The translations under genes and the position numbers were made by a program. The notes beneath the pieces were generated by a model. That model had not been told where the DNA came from. It saw only the letters and a program-made list of their open reading frames with translations, and did not search any database. From positions 1 through 64,000 of the IMG/VR virus record IMGVR_UViG_3300031994_000053: DNA of 64,000 nucleotides; one strand, 5' to 3'. The stretch's first letter is position 1. Every line of letters starts with the position of its first letter. Origin of the DNA: a virus. Taxonomy: Duplodnaviria > Caudoviricetes. Of the stretch, positions 25,419 through 35,208 are shown piece by piece.

Positions 25419-25832
25419 ATGGCGAACACACTACTCAGGAAAGTGACCGGCAAGTGGGTCCGGGAGTCCGTTGACTGGCTTGACGCCAAGGGCTGCGGGT
25501 GCTGCTCGATCTGCTATGCGACGACCGCGAAGTACCGCTACTGCGTCTGCATAGGCTGGCATGACTACGGCGACCGGTGGAATATCGCGTGGAAGATTGG
25601 CAGGCAGACGCGCAACAACGCGATGCAATGCGACCTGGACGTCGATTTCGAGATGCCCTGGCCGTGCAACAGGCAGGGCGACGTCTACGACACGCTCCGC
25701 GAGATCCTTGGCCCGGTCGGCCCGCGGCGAATCTTCTGGGACCGCATGGCCGCGGAGATGCGCAAGGACGCGAGGAAGGTCTTCGCGTTCTTCAAGGACA
25801 AGGACGACTGGACCGAGGAGAACTTCAAATGA
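25419..25832 (+). CDS. Hypothetical Cys/Trp-rich protein
   Basis: 137 aa from ATG 25419; AAGGAGG SD. Confidence 0.75.
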   Translation: MANTLLRKVTGKWVRESVDWLDAKGCGCCSICYATTAKYRYCVCIGWHDYGDRWNIAWKIGRQTRNNAMQCDLDVDFEMPWPCNRQGDVYDTLREILGPVGPRRIFWDRMAAEMRKDARKVFAFFKDKDDWTEENFK

Positions 25833-26221
25833 CAATTGGCGGAACTACGGTATCGTACAACTTCGAGTTCATGAAACGGACCCTTGCCGGCCAGGACGCT
25901 AACATCTGGGCCGGCAGGCTCCCCGACACGGTGGGCTACGCCGTCCGCGACGCGCGCGGCGAAGTCCTTTGCGTCGACGACGGCCCGTGCTGGCGCCCCA
26001 TGGGGCATCCGGCGGTCAAGGCCCGCACGATATGGGCGGCCACCGCGAGGGAAGCCGCCCTGGCGGCCGACTATGCGGCGGACAGGATGACGCACAAATT
26101 CTTCCGGCGGGCCAGGTCCGACCTGTCCGTCTGGAGGGTGACGAGGCTCAACAGGAAAGGCGAATGCCACATGGAGCGGATCATCGAACCAGACGACTTG
26201 GAGGTGGTAAATGGCCAGTAG
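25829..26221 (+). CDS. Hypothetical protein
   Basis: 130 aa from ATG 25829 (ATGA overlap). Confidence 0.65.
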   Translation: MTIGGTTVSYNFEFMKRTLAGQDANIWAGRLPDTVGYAVRDARGEVLCVDDGPCWRPMGHPAVKARTIWAATAREAALAADYAADRMTHKFFRRARSDLSVWRVTRLNRKGECHMERIIEPDDLEVVNGQ

Positions 26222-26609
26222 GACGATGCGCCTCCTGCGGGAGGACTCGAAGGACGAATGGGCCTGGCATCCGCGTCCGTACCACATGACGCACCCGCCG
26301 GATTTCTATGTCTCCGGCGAGTGTCTGAAGCGGCCGCTCTATGCGGTCCATGCGCTGTTCAGGACCGCGGAGGGAATCCTCTGGCGGTCCGTGCACGGAC
26401 GTGGAATCCCGCCCGGCGTGGCGGTGCTCGCGGCGAGGTTCTTCGGAACGGCGCAGTCTCTTGTGGACTTCGTGCTCGCCGCGCACCTCTGGACGAAACG
26501 CCCGGAGGAAATGAGGGAGAGGCTGCGGGCCAGGATGGCCCCGGCTCTTGAGGAATTTGGCGAACTGATGCGGGCCTTGCGCCCGAAGGTGAACAGCAAT
26601 GGAAACTGA
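26211..26609 (+). CDS. Hypothetical protein
   Basis: 132 aa; GGAGG SD. Confidence 0.65.
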   Translation: MASRTMRLLREDSKDEWAWHPRPYHMTHPPDFYVSGECLKRPLYAVHALFRTAEGILWRSVHGRGIPPGVAVLAARFFGTAQSLVDFVLAAHLWTKRPEEMRERLRARMAPALEEFGELMRALRPKVNSNGN

Positions 26610-26988
26610 CAGGCAAAACAATGAAAAACTCAAATCGCCCCCGGCCGGGTTTCCCGGGATCACTGCCACGATAACGGGATTCGGGGCTCTGGGCCTGCTG
26701 CTAGGTAGACCGGTCACGGCGAACGACGGGAACCCGAAGGCGATTCTTCTGGAAATGCAGGCGTCCGACGACCCCAACGTTCGCTTGTACGGCTACCGGA
26801 TGGAGATCGCCCTCAACCGGGTCAGGAAGCGGTTCCCGTCATACGCCGACGCGAGGCTCGCCCACATAATAGCGGCAGGGTGCAAAGACTGCGACCACGT
26901 AGACGGAGATGGCAAGTGCGCTGACTGCCTGGGCGAATGGCTGTACAACGAACTGACCAGGGAGGAGCCGGAATGCAGTACGAAGTGA
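26599..26988 (+). CDS. Hypothetical protein with CxxC...CxxC motif
   Basis: 129 aa; CKDC...CADC. Confidence 0.65.
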   Translation: METDRQNNEKLKSPPAGFPGITATITGFGALGLLLGRPVTANDGNPKAILLEMQASDDPNVRLYGYRMEIALNRVRKRFPSYADARLAHIIAAGCKDCDHVDGDGKCADCLGEWLYNELTREEPECSTK

Positions 26989-27218
26989 CGTCCGTATACG
27001 AGTTGACGCCACAGTTCGAACGCCGCAAATCCTTTTACGGAAAAGCGACTGTCCGTCTGGCCGATAACCGGACGAAGACACTGTACTCGTACGGCACGCC
27101 GGTTGTCGAACTCGACCTGAAGCGGCGCGAGCTAAACTACTATCCCGGCGTGCGCATGAGCCAGACCACCCGGAGGCATCTCCGGGAGTTCCTCAGGCAG
27201 GAGGGAGTCGACGAATGA
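26973..27218 (+). CDS. Small conserved phage hypothetical protein
   Basis: 81 aa from ATG 26973; RKSFYGKA...LYSYGTPV...SQTTRRHLREF. Confidence 0.7.
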   Translation: MQYEVTSVYELTPQFERRKSFYGKATVRLADNRTKTLYSYGTPVVELDLKRRELNYYPGVRMSQTTRRHLREFLRQEGVDE

Positions 27219-27628
27219 GAAACTTCCCCGAAGCCGGACTTTTCAGCTTTATGGCGGAAAAGCTCCGGAGAGACGGACTGACAGTGCAGAACGGCCGCAT
27301 CCCCGACGGTGTGGCCGTCTACATTATCCGCGACAGCCTTGGCAACGCGCTGTGCGAGGAGCACGGGCGGCTGTGCTGGAAGCGGTGGGACACCATCGAT
27401 TCCCGCAACCGCGCGGTATGGGCCGGGTCCCCGGCCGAGGCGTTCACCATAGGCTGCTTCCTGGCGCACGAACTCGGCCGCGGGTTCTTCCGCAAGCGCG
27501 CCGGCTCGCTTGGCGTGTGGAAGTTCGGGATGCAGGGCCCGATCTCCATCTGGAGTACGTCGGCCCTGTCCCGGATTCCGCTGCATATTGACGAAGAACT
27601 TGACAAATCGCCGCGTGCGGAAGTATAA
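27215..27628 (+). CDS. Hypothetical protein
   Basis: 137 aa; ATGA overlap. Confidence 0.6.
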   Translation: MRNFPEAGLFSFMAEKLRRDGLTVQNGRIPDGVAVYIIRDSLGNALCEEHGRLCWKRWDTIDSRNRAVWAGSPAEAFTIGCFLAHELGRGFFRKRAGSLGVWKFGMQGPISIWSTSALSRIPLHIDEELDKSPRAEV

Positions 27629-27629
27629 T
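27600..27629 (+). promoter_or_regulatory. Sigma70 promoter for DNA polymerase operon
   Basis: TTGACA 27600-27605, 18 bp, TATAAT 27624-27629. Confidence 0.8.
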
Positions 27630-27663
27630 TGTTCTTCCATTCTTTCAAACGACAGGAGTCAAC

Positions 27664-29802
27664 ATGTTGACAAATCTGAAGGACGACGCCGCCGTCGCCA
27701 TAGACTACGAGACCTTCTACGACAGCAAGGCGGGCTATTCGCTGTCGTGCATGACGCCGCACGCATACGTGCACGATCCAAGATTCGAACCGTACCTCGT
27801 GTCGATCTGCGGTTGGGAGATAATGGACGACGGGCTCTTCCACCCGGAATGGGAAGAAGGCCAGACCGTTACCAAATGGGGCAACGAAGGCGGCTCCATC
27901 GTGCGCAAGCTGCCGGATGGCCGGCAGCTCTACGTGGGCCGCCCGGAGAAGTTCCCCTGCTGGGACAATCTGAATGGTCGAATCCTGCTCGCGCACAACG
28001 CGGGTTTCGACCAGGTTGTCACCGACCGCTGCGTCGAACTCGGGCTCATCCCCGGGCTTAGTGGCTGCCAGTGGCAGGACACGGCCGACCTGACCGCGTA
28101 CCTCATGGTGTCGCGCAGCCTGAAGGACGCGATGAAGTACCTCTTTGGCAAGGAGATTTCGAAGGCCGTCCGCGCCGGCATGGACGGGCGGCACGACTTC
28201 GAGCTCGGCGCGAAGGAGATGCGCGATCTCGTGGAATACGGCGGGGACGACGCCGTCGAGTGCCACGACATCTGGCTGAACTTCGCGGACAGGTGGCCCG
28301 AAATCGAGCGCAAGATCTCGTGCCAGAACCGCGACGCGATCCGCCGTGGCTTCCGCATCGACCGCGCCTACGCCGAGAAGGCGCTGAAGTGCCTGAAATC
28401 CGTCCAGGCCGAGGCGCTCGCCGGAATCCCGTGGGTGACGCAGATCAACCCGAAGACGAAGACGTTCTACGCGGCGGGCTCCCTGCCCGCCCTGCGCCAG
28501 GCCGTCCTCGACCTCGGGATCGAGCCGCCCAAGTCGTTCAAGAAGGACGACCCCGGGTTCCTCGACTGGCTCAAGGACCACGACGACATCGACTTCATCA
28601 AGGCCCGGACGAAATACGCGGGGACGGTGCAGCACGTCGCCCGCATCGAGACGCTTGTGAAGTCCGCCGACGAGAACGACCTGGTGCGCCCGGGCCTGAT
28701 CTACTTCGGCGCGGCGACCGGGCGCTTCGCGGCCGGGCTTTCCGACGACTCGGGCGGCAAGAACGTGAACATGCTCAACCTCCCCCGGAGCGCCCTGTTC
28801 AAGGGTGACCCGAGAATTCTCGACGGCAAGGGCATCGATCTCCGGGGAATGTACATTCCGCGCGAGGGCTACAAATACGTCATCTTCGACTACTCGCAGA
28901 TCGAGGCGCGCTTCGCCCTGTGGCTGGTCGACGACACGCACATGATGGAGGCGCTCGCCCGCGAGGGCAACCTGTACCAGGCGAACGCCGTGGCGATGGG
29001 CTGGTGCAAGTCCGGCGCAAGCCTCAAGCACGACGACCCGGACCTCTACCGTCTGGCGAAGTGCTGCGTGCTCGGCCTTGGCTACGGCATGGGCGCGGCC
29101 AAGTTCGTGGACTCCTGCAAGTCGCAGGGCCTCGACTTCCCGTCGATCCCGAAGGCCGAGTGGCCCGAGCTCGACAGGCGGCTGCTCTTCATCATCCGCA
29201 ACACCGGCAAGGTGCGCGACCCCTTCGACCCGAAGAACGAGCACTATGTCGGGCAGCTTCTCCGCTCGGACCAGATCGTCCGCGACTGGCGCCGCGCCAA
29301 CGCGGCCATAGTCCAGAGGTGGCGCAGCTACGCCGACGCCTTCCAGGCGCGGGCGATGGCAAACGCCAGGACCGTCAGTTTCCGGCTCCCCAGCGGGCGC
29401 GTCAAGACCTACTGGAACCCGGAAATGGTCAAGGAGCTGACGACCGAGATCGGCGAGGACGGCAAGGAGCACCCGTCGTACCGCATAGCCATGCGGGCGA
29501 CCGTCGTGCGCGGCAAGCCGCCGAAGTTCCTCACGGGCGGAAACCTCATGGAGAACATCGTCCAGGCCACGTGCCGGGACATCATGACCTACGGGGCCGT
29601 CGAAATCGAGGAGAGGCACCCGTCGTGGAAGTTCTGCTGGAGCTGCTACGACGAGGTCATCTTCGAGGTCCCGGAGGCCGAGGTCGGGACGGCGCTTGTG
29701 GAGATGCCCCGCATCATGACGGAAGGCGACTACATCAAGGACTGGACGCGGGGCCTTCCGCTCGAAGTGGAGGGCGGCGCGTTCGACAAGTACTGCAAGT
29801 AA
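27664..29802 (+). CDS. polA: Family A DNA polymerase with 3'-5' exonuclease
   Basis: 712 aa; AIDYET (Exo I), AHNAGFD (Exo II), DYSQIEAR (motif A), RLAKCCVLGLGYG (motif B), CYDE (motif C). Confidence 0.95.
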   Translation: MLTNLKDDAAVAIDYETFYDSKAGYSLSCMTPHAYVHDPRFEPYLVSICGWEIMDDGLFHPEWEEGQTVTKWGNEGGSIVRKLPDGRQLYVGRPEKFPCWDNLNGRILLAHNAGFDQVVTDRCVELGLIPGLSGCQWQDTADLTAYLMVSRSLKDAMKYLFGKEISKAVRAGMDGRHDFELGAKEMRDLVEYGGDDAVECHDIWLNFADRWPEIERKISCQNRDAIRRGFRIDRAYAEKALKCLKSVQAEALAGIPWVTQINPKTKTFYAAGSLPALRQAVLDLGIEPPKSFKKDDPGFLDWLKDHDDIDFIKARTKYAGTVQHVARIETLVKSADENDLVRPGLIYFGAATGRFAAGLSDDSGGKNVNMLNLPRSALFKGDPRILDGKGIDLRGMYIPREGYKYVIFDYSQIEARFALWLVDDTHMMEALAREGNLYQANAVAMGWCKSGASLKHDDPDLYRLAKCCVLGLGYGMGAAKFVDSCKSQGLDFPSIPKAEWPELDRRLLFIIRNTGKVRDPFDPKNEHYVGQLLRSDQIVRDWRRANAAIVQRWRSYADAFQARAMANARTVSFRLPSGRVKTYWNPEMVKELTTEIGEDGKEHPSYRIAMRATVVRGKPPKFLTGGNLMENIVQATCRDIMTYGAVEIEERHPSWKFCWSCYDEVIFEVPEAEVGTALVEMPRIMTEGDYIKDWTRGLPLEVEGGAFDKYCK

Positions 29803-29811
29803 GGAGGACTT

Positions 29812-30291
29812 ATGCCCGTTGCTGGAATGAATGTTGATACCGGGCAAAAGACCTGGCTTACACCACCGTTCATCATCGCGGCGCTTGGCGAGTTCGATCT
29901 GGACCCCTGCTGCCCCGACGAAATGCCATGGCGGACGGCCCGGACGATGTACACCAAGAGCGTTGACGGCCTTCGCCAATCCTGGCGGGGGCGAGTTTGG
30001 CTGAACCCCCCGTACGGAAGAGACTCCTACCCGTTTCTCGGGCGAATGGCCGCGCATGGAAACGGAATCGCCCTGCTGTTTGGTCGAACGGATACCGAAG
30101 CCTGGCACCGGTGGGTGTTTCCGTACTGTGATTCGGTCCTGTTCATGAAGGGCCGCGTTCGGTTCTGCCGACCGGACGGGACACAGGCGGACGCCGCGAA
30201 CGCACCGTCATGTCTCGTGTCGTATTCGGGGAACGACACTCTTGCCCTCAGGCGCAGCGGAATCGAGGGATTCCTCATGAGAAAGGTGTGA
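29812..30291 (+). CDS. Phage DNA N6-adenine methyltransferase (Dam-like)
   Basis: WLTP...FDLDPC...VWLNPPYG; lower GC than flanking genes. Confidence 0.85.
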   Translation: MPVAGMNVDTGQKTWLTPPFIIAALGEFDLDPCCPDEMPWRTARTMYTKSVDGLRQSWRGRVWLNPPYGRDSYPFLGRMAAHGNGIALLFGRTDTEAWHRWVFPYCDSVLFMKGRVRFCRPDGTQADAANAPSCLVSYSGNDTLALRRSGIEGFLMRKV

Positions 30292-30295
30292 CACC

Positions 30296-32617
30296 ATGTT
30301 CTTTAGCCAAGCCAACTTGGTCGACGACCATGTCGTCCCCTTGCCCGAGCCCTGGAAGGTCCGCGTCCCGCAGGAGATCCTCGACATCCCGAAGGACGAC
30401 TACAAGGCCCGCTGGCGCAACCCGGCTGTAAAGCACTGGCTGCTCAGCCTGGCCGAGGGCCGCAGCGAGTCCTTCGCCGTGACCAATTCGAACCAGGCGG
30501 CCGCGCTCCACGGTTTCTTCGCGGACTACGACGGCGTCTTCACGCAGGACATGATCGACATCATGGCCCGAAAGAAGACGAAGTACCCGCCGGCGTGGTG
30601 GTGCCTCAGCCAGTCGCGCCAGCTCCACCTCGTGTGGCTGTTCGAGCGCCCCATCGCGGTCACGGGCAACGTGCACGCCTGCGACCTCCTGCACGTCGTG
30701 GCCATGAAGGTCAAGGCCCCGCACTGGGGCGTCGGCTACGACCCCGACTCCGAGAAGGTCACGCAGGTCATGGACATCGGACGCGAGTGGCACCCGTTCA
30801 GGGAGGACGCCCGCATCCCGTCCGCCGATCTCGTGCAGTGGGACGTGGCGCTCTTCGAAAAGGCCGCGAAGCAGTACTCGGACGACGCGATGAAGATACC
30901 CTTCGAGGACATCGTGCCGAAGATCCGGGAGCTCTACCCGGACGCGCCGGCCGATTTCCGCGAGGGGACGAGGTGCCGCCGCTTCTGGGACGCCTCGGCC
31001 GACAATCCGACGGCGTGCCTCGTGCGCCCGGAGGGCATCGTGGTCTTCACCCCGCACGACGGCGGGTTCAAGTCGTGGCCGTCCCTGCTCGGCAGGGACT
31101 TCTGCGAGCACTATTCCGCCGTGTCGATGGCCCCGTTCTACGAAGACACCTACTACGTCGCGGACCGCGACGCCTACGTGCGCTTCATGCGGAACGAGAA
31201 CCCGCAGCGGTTCATCGCCCGGAACGAGAAGGTCCTGCGGAGGGACATCGTGGCCGCGACCGGAATGTCCACGAAACCGCCGAAGGACGGCGGCCTGAGC
31301 AAAATCGACGAGGCGCTCCACGTCATCAACGAGCGCAACGGCGTGGACGGCGCGGTGCCGGTCATCTACCGTCCGGCGGGAAGGCTCGCCCTCCCCAACG
31401 GGACCACGGTGCTGAACACGTCGCTCGTCACGGTGCTGAAGCCGGCGGGGCCCTTCGAGCTGCCGCCCGCGGACGTCGTGTACGGCGCCGACGTACCGAA
31501 CCGGTTCAGGGCGGAACCCGACGCCTGCGAATGGGACAACCCGTTCGTCGTGTCGAAGTTCCCGCACATCCACCAGTTCCTTACGACGCTGTTCCTCCCG
31601 ACGGAGAGCGCCCGCCGCGGCTGGGAGGCCGCGGGGTACCGGCCCTTCGGCCCGGATGCGAAGCTGTCATATGCGGCGGAGACCTACGAGCAGCTCACGA
31701 GGTTCCTCTCGTGGCTCTCGCACTGGTACCGCAACGCGGCCAGGATGTCGCAGACCCCGCACCCGGGGCAGGCCCTGTTCATCGCCGGCGACGCGAGCAT
31801 CGGGAAGTCGTTCCTCGCCCGCGTGCTCGTCTCCGGCCTGATGGGCGGCTGCGCCGAGGCCCCGGACTTCTACATCAACGGGGCGAGGTTCAACAGCGAG
31901 CTGCTCGCGGCCCCGCTGCACATCATCGACGACCGGCTCGGGTCGATAGACTTCCGCCACCGGATGCAGTTCTCGGAATGCGTGAAGATCGTCGTCGCGA
32001 ACGCCGGCCTCCGCTACGAGCGCAAGTTCGGGGACGCGATCGGCTTCGTGCCGTGGGCCGGCCGCCTGATGGTGATGCTGAACCGCGACCCGCAGTCCAT
32101 GAGCGTGCTTCCCGACCTCGAGGTCTCGACGGCGGACAAGTTCATGATGCTGCGGTGCGGGACGGCGAGGTTCCCGTTCGGGCTGCCCGAGCAGAATGCG
32201 GCGTGGGTGCGGGAGGAACTCCCGTTCTTCGCCAGGTTCCTCCTCGGCTACAGCATCCCGGAGGAAATGCGGGACGTCCGGTTCGGCGTCTCCGCGTGGC
32301 AGCATCCCGAGATGCGCCAGGCGTCCACCGAGAACGGCCTCACGATCGAGGTCGTCGAATCCCTCGTCGACTACTTCGCGTTCCTCCGCCAGTCCGGCGA
32401 GAAGAACGAGACGGTTGCGTTCAGGGGGACGGTCGGGCAGCTCTACAGCGCCCTCGCCACGCACAGCGACACGTTCCGCGCGAACGTCAAGAGCTCAAAG
32501 GCCCTGCGCCAGCAGCTCCAGATACTCGTGCGGTCGCCGCTGTACAGCCTCTCCGAGGACGACTCGTTCACGCCTTCGGTGTGGTCCATACCGTACGACT
32601 TCGTCCGCAGGGACTGA
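30296..32617 (+). CDS. Primase-helicase (primase-like N-terminus, SF3/D5-like NTPase C-terminus)
   Basis: 773 aa; HLVW primase-type His motif; Walker A GDASIGKS; Walker B IIDD; follows PolA and methylase. Confidence 0.75.
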   Translation: MFFSQANLVDDHVVPLPEPWKVRVPQEILDIPKDDYKARWRNPAVKHWLLSLAEGRSESFAVTNSNQAAALHGFFADYDGVFTQDMIDIMARKKTKYPPAWWCLSQSRQLHLVWLFERPIAVTGNVHACDLLHVVAMKVKAPHWGVGYDPDSEKVTQVMDIGREWHPFREDARIPSADLVQWDVALFEKAAKQYSDDAMKIPFEDIVPKIRELYPDAPADFREGTRCRRFWDASADNPTACLVRPEGIVVFTPHDGGFKSWPSLLGRDFCEHYSAVSMAPFYEDTYYVADRDAYVRFMRNENPQRFIARNEKVLRRDIVAATGMSTKPPKDGGLSKIDEALHVINERNGVDGAVPVIYRPAGRLALPNGTTVLNTSLVTVLKPAGPFELPPADVVYGADVPNRFRAEPDACEWDNPFVVSKFPHIHQFLTTLFLPTESARRGWEAAGYRPFGPDAKLSYAAETYEQLTRFLSWLSHWYRNAARMSQTPHPGQALFIAGDASIGKSFLARVLVSGLMGGCAEAPDFYINGARFNSELLAAPLHIIDDRLGSIDFRHRMQFSECVKIVVANAGLRYERKFGDAIGFVPWAGRLMVMLNRDPQSMSVLPDLEVSTADKFMMLRCGTARFPFGLPEQNAAWVREELPFFARFLLGYSIPEEMRDVRFGVSAWQHPEMRQASTENGLTIEVVESLVDYFAFLRQSGEKNETVAFRGTVGQLYSALATHSDTFRANVKSSKALRQQLQILVRSPLYSLSEDDSFTPSVWSIPYDFVRRD

Positions 32618-32623
32618 AGCCGG

Positions 32624-32664
32624 AACCCCTCTTCCGCGAAAGCGGGGAGGGGTTTTTATTTTTT
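32624..32664 (+). terminator. Intrinsic terminator with GAAA tetraloop
   Basis: AACCCCTCTTCCGC-GAAA-GCGGGGAGGGGTT-TTTATTTTTT. Confidence 0.85.
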
Positions 32665-32668
32665 CCGC

Positions 32669-32697
32669 TTGACGCCGTGCACGGACAGGTATATAAT
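32669..32697 (+). promoter_or_regulatory. Sigma70 promoter, probably giving a leaderless mRNA
   Basis: TTGACG 32669-32674, 17 bp, TATAAT 32692-32697; ATG begins 7 nt later with no SD. Confidence 0.85.
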
Positions 32698-32703
32698 ATT
32701 TGC

Positions 32704-33366
32704 ATGAATTTTTCGAGGACATTTGAAAGTGCCCCGCTTCCGGGGGTCGACAGGGAGGACGCCCCCCGCGCCGTCGTTGGTTGCGACCCCGGCCCGGAGT
32801 TCTGCGCGTTCGCCCTCGTCCTGCGCGACGGCGCCGCCCTCCGTCTCGCCGAGACCCGTTACGTACCTGTCGGCGACCTGATCGATTCAATGGTCCGCGG
32901 GTCTGTTCGCAACTCCTGGCTTGACGCCCGCCGATCCTTCACGAGCGTCAAAGCCGACGCGCCTTTCGTTTTCGCCTTCGAGAAGATGTCCACGCGCTAC
33001 GGGGCCGTTCCCGGCGCGACCACGTTCGACACGTGCCGCAATTCCGGAATATGCCAGGTCCACGCGACGCTGGCCGGCGCGAAGCGGGTGTACAGCCTGT
33101 CGGCGTCCGACTGGCGCGTCGCGTTCGGCGGCTCGCCGGGCATGAAGGATTCCGAGACGCGGGCCGAGATCATCAGCCTCTTCGGCGAGGACGCGGACAG
33201 GGAAATCCAGCGCGTCTCGAAGGCCGCAAAGACGCGGCACTCGCTCGACAAGCCCGTCTCGGGGCACATGCGCGACGCCGTGGGCGTCGCCGCCGGGGTT
33301 TATTTTTTGCCGCGCCGCGGAGTTTCGATAGACTCGCGGCTGGTGTGGAGGGCCGTCGATGCCTAG
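32704..33366 (+). CDS. RuvC-like Holliday junction resolvase
   Basis: 220 aa from ATG 32704; VVGCDPG, FAFEK, MRDAVGVA acidic triad. Confidence 0.8.
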   Translation: MNFSRTFESAPLPGVDREDAPRAVVGCDPGPEFCAFALVLRDGAALRLAETRYVPVGDLIDSMVRGSVRNSWLDARRSFTSVKADAPFVFAFEKMSTRYGAVPGATTFDTCRNSGICQVHATLAGAKRVYSLSASDWRVAFGGSPGMKDSETRAEIISLFGEDADREIQRVSKAAKTRHSLDKPVSGHMRDAVGVAAGVYFLPRRGVSIDSRLVWRAVDA

Positions 33367-34036
33367 CAACGAAATGCTCACGGACGACGGCTTCCCGATC
33401 GGCGAGATCGTGGTGTCCAGCAAGCCGGTGAAGCGGATCGAGCCCGAGACGGAGGACCGCGAGGCGCTGGTTCGCGAGGAGCTTCTCGAGCTGGCGGCGG
33501 CCAGCGACGCGGACCAGGCGCTCGCCGAGCTGTACGACGGCTACCTCGACCAGCAGAAGCGCAGGAAGGCGCTCCGGCTCTACCTCGTCGAGCGCAAGTC
33601 GTTCGACGAGATCGCCAAGGCCGTGGGCGTCCCGCCCCGCACGGTCTCGATGTGGTCGTACAACGGCAAGTGGGACACCGCCCTGCGGCGTGAAATACGC
33701 GTCGAGCAGGAGCACAGCCTGCTACAGCTGACGAGCATGAGGACGAAGCGCCGCGCCGACGCGGCGAAGGAGCAGCTCGACGCCGCGAAGGAAGTCCGCG
33801 AGACGGCGCTCGGCCAGCTCCGCGAGGGCAACGTGTCCGTCAAGTCCGCGGCCGAGGCGATCAAGTCCGCCGCCGACACGGAGGCCCGCATTCTCGGCAT
33901 TTCCGAATCCGGCGCGTTCGACCGTGGCGAGAAATCCGAGGACGAGAAGGCGAAGGGGGGCGGGAAGACTCCGCTCGTGCAGATTTTCCAAGGCGGGCTT
34001 CCGCCCATCAGGGTCGTGAAGGACGGTGCGCAATGA
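33359..34036 (+). CDS. HTH protein, probable terminase small subunit
   Basis: KSFDEIAKAVGVPPRTVSMW...WD HTH followed by helical coiled region. Confidence 0.55.
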   Translation: MPSNEMLTDDGFPIGEIVVSSKPVKRIEPETEDREALVREELLELAAASDADQALAELYDGYLDQQKRRKALRLYLVERKSFDEIAKAVGVPPRTVSMWSYNGKWDTALRREIRVEQEHSLLQLTSMRTKRRADAAKEQLDAAKEVRETALGQLREGNVSVKSAAEAIKSAADTEARILGISESGAFDRGEKSEDEKAKGGGKTPLVQIFQGGLPPIRVVKDGAQ

Positions 34037-34260
34037 CGGAAGACATGGATGCAGTCGCCAAGGCGAAGGTCAAGTCGTGGCTCGAGTCGTTCAGGCCGGC
34101 GGACGGCTGCGCGGCGTGCGCCGTGCCGGAACCGGCGCCCGCGCCGGCGAGGCCGAAGGTCGACCTCTACGTCGCGGACGGTTCGGGGATGTATGGCGCG
34201 GCGGACCGTCCCGTGCCCGGCATAGACATTCTCGTCGACGAACCGGAGGGGTCGCGATGA
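34033..34260 (+). CDS. Hypothetical protein
   Basis: 75 aa; overlaps both neighbours. Confidence 0.6.
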   Translation: MTEDMDAVAKAKVKSWLESFRPADGCAACAVPEPAPAPARPKVDLYVADGSGMYGAADRPVPGIDILVDEPEGSR

Positions 34261-34499
34261 CCGAGGAGATGGAGGAGATAACCGGCTTGTCCGGCGAGTC
34301 CGAAGATACCGTCCGCAGGGTTTTGCGGGCCATGGCCATGACGGTGTGCGGGCGCGACCGGACGGAGCTTCGCGGGTTCGGCGTCTTCACGTGGCGCCCG
34401 TTCCGGGGGAGGACCCCGGAGGGCAGGAAGTTTTCGGTGATGAGGCTTTGGTTCAGGACCGGCAGCATGAGGAGAGAGGACAATGTACGAAATCCATGA
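34257..34499 (+). CDS. HU/IHF-like DNA-binding protein
   Basis: 80 aa from ATG 34257; two N-terminal helices then ELRGFGVF and RGRTP arm. Confidence 0.7.
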   Translation: MTEEMEEITGLSGESEDTVRRVLRAMAMTVCGRDRTELRGFGVFTWRPFRGRTPEGRKFSVMRLWFRTGSMRREDNVRNP

Positions 34500-35199
34500 C
34501 AGGCTCGACAACCCGTGCCCGCAATGCGCGCTCAAGCACTTGAGCGCCGCGCTCGCGACGCATCTCGAGACCCCGTATGTCCGGCGCGACGATCTCGACG
34601 CCAGGCTTGCGGCGATGTACGCCGGCGTCGCCTATGTGAATTACGTGGAATACCTCGAGGGATACGAAAGCCATGTCCATTTCGCGGTCGGCGCGGTCGT
34701 CCTCGCCGAGGAGCACGCGGCGCGCGCCGGGATCAGCCTGGTGCCATGGCGTGCCGCCCGGCTGTGCATGATGGACCCGAACAGCGACGGCCGGCAGGTG
34801 CTCGCCGCACTGGCCGCGACCGATCCCGATCTCGAGATGGCGCACCTCCACGAGGCGTTCCGCGAGCTCCCGATGCTGGAGGAGGCCGTGGTCGACACCG
34901 CGCTGGCGTTCTGCTGCGAGCCCGCCCCGACGCTCGACGGCATCCTTGACGCGATCCGATGGGTCAACCGCAACTTCTTCGACGATTTGGCCGGTTCGGA
35001 CGGCTCCGCGGGTGCGGTGCCGGAAGACGGCGAGAACCCACCGCCGGGTTCGGCGGAAACCACAGGAGAAAACGAAATGACGAAAGCCACGGTGAAGACG
35101 GCCGCCGCGAAGGCGCCGGCCAAGAAGGTCGAGGCCAAGAAGGCCGCGACCCGCGCCGCCTGCAAGGGCGGATGCGCGAAGAAGTCCTGCAAGAAATAG
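34483..35199 (+). CDS. Hypothetical protein with Lys/Ala-rich histone-H1-like tail
   Basis: 238 aa; CPQC...KH N-terminal motif; tail MTKATVKTAAAKAPAKK...CKK preceded by in-frame AGGAG SD and ATG at 35077. Confidence 0.75.
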   Translation: MYEIHDRLDNPCPQCALKHLSAALATHLETPYVRRDDLDARLAAMYAGVAYVNYVEYLEGYESHVHFAVGAVVLAEEHAARAGISLVPWRAARLCMMDPNSDGRQVLAALAATDPDLEMAHLHEAFRELPMLEEAVVDTALAFCCEPAPTLDGILDAIRWVNRNFFDDLAGSDGSAGAVPEDGENPPPGSAETTGENEMTKATVKTAAAKAPAKKVEAKKAATRAACKGGCAKKSCKK

Positions 35200-35208
35200 G
35201 GGAGCAGG

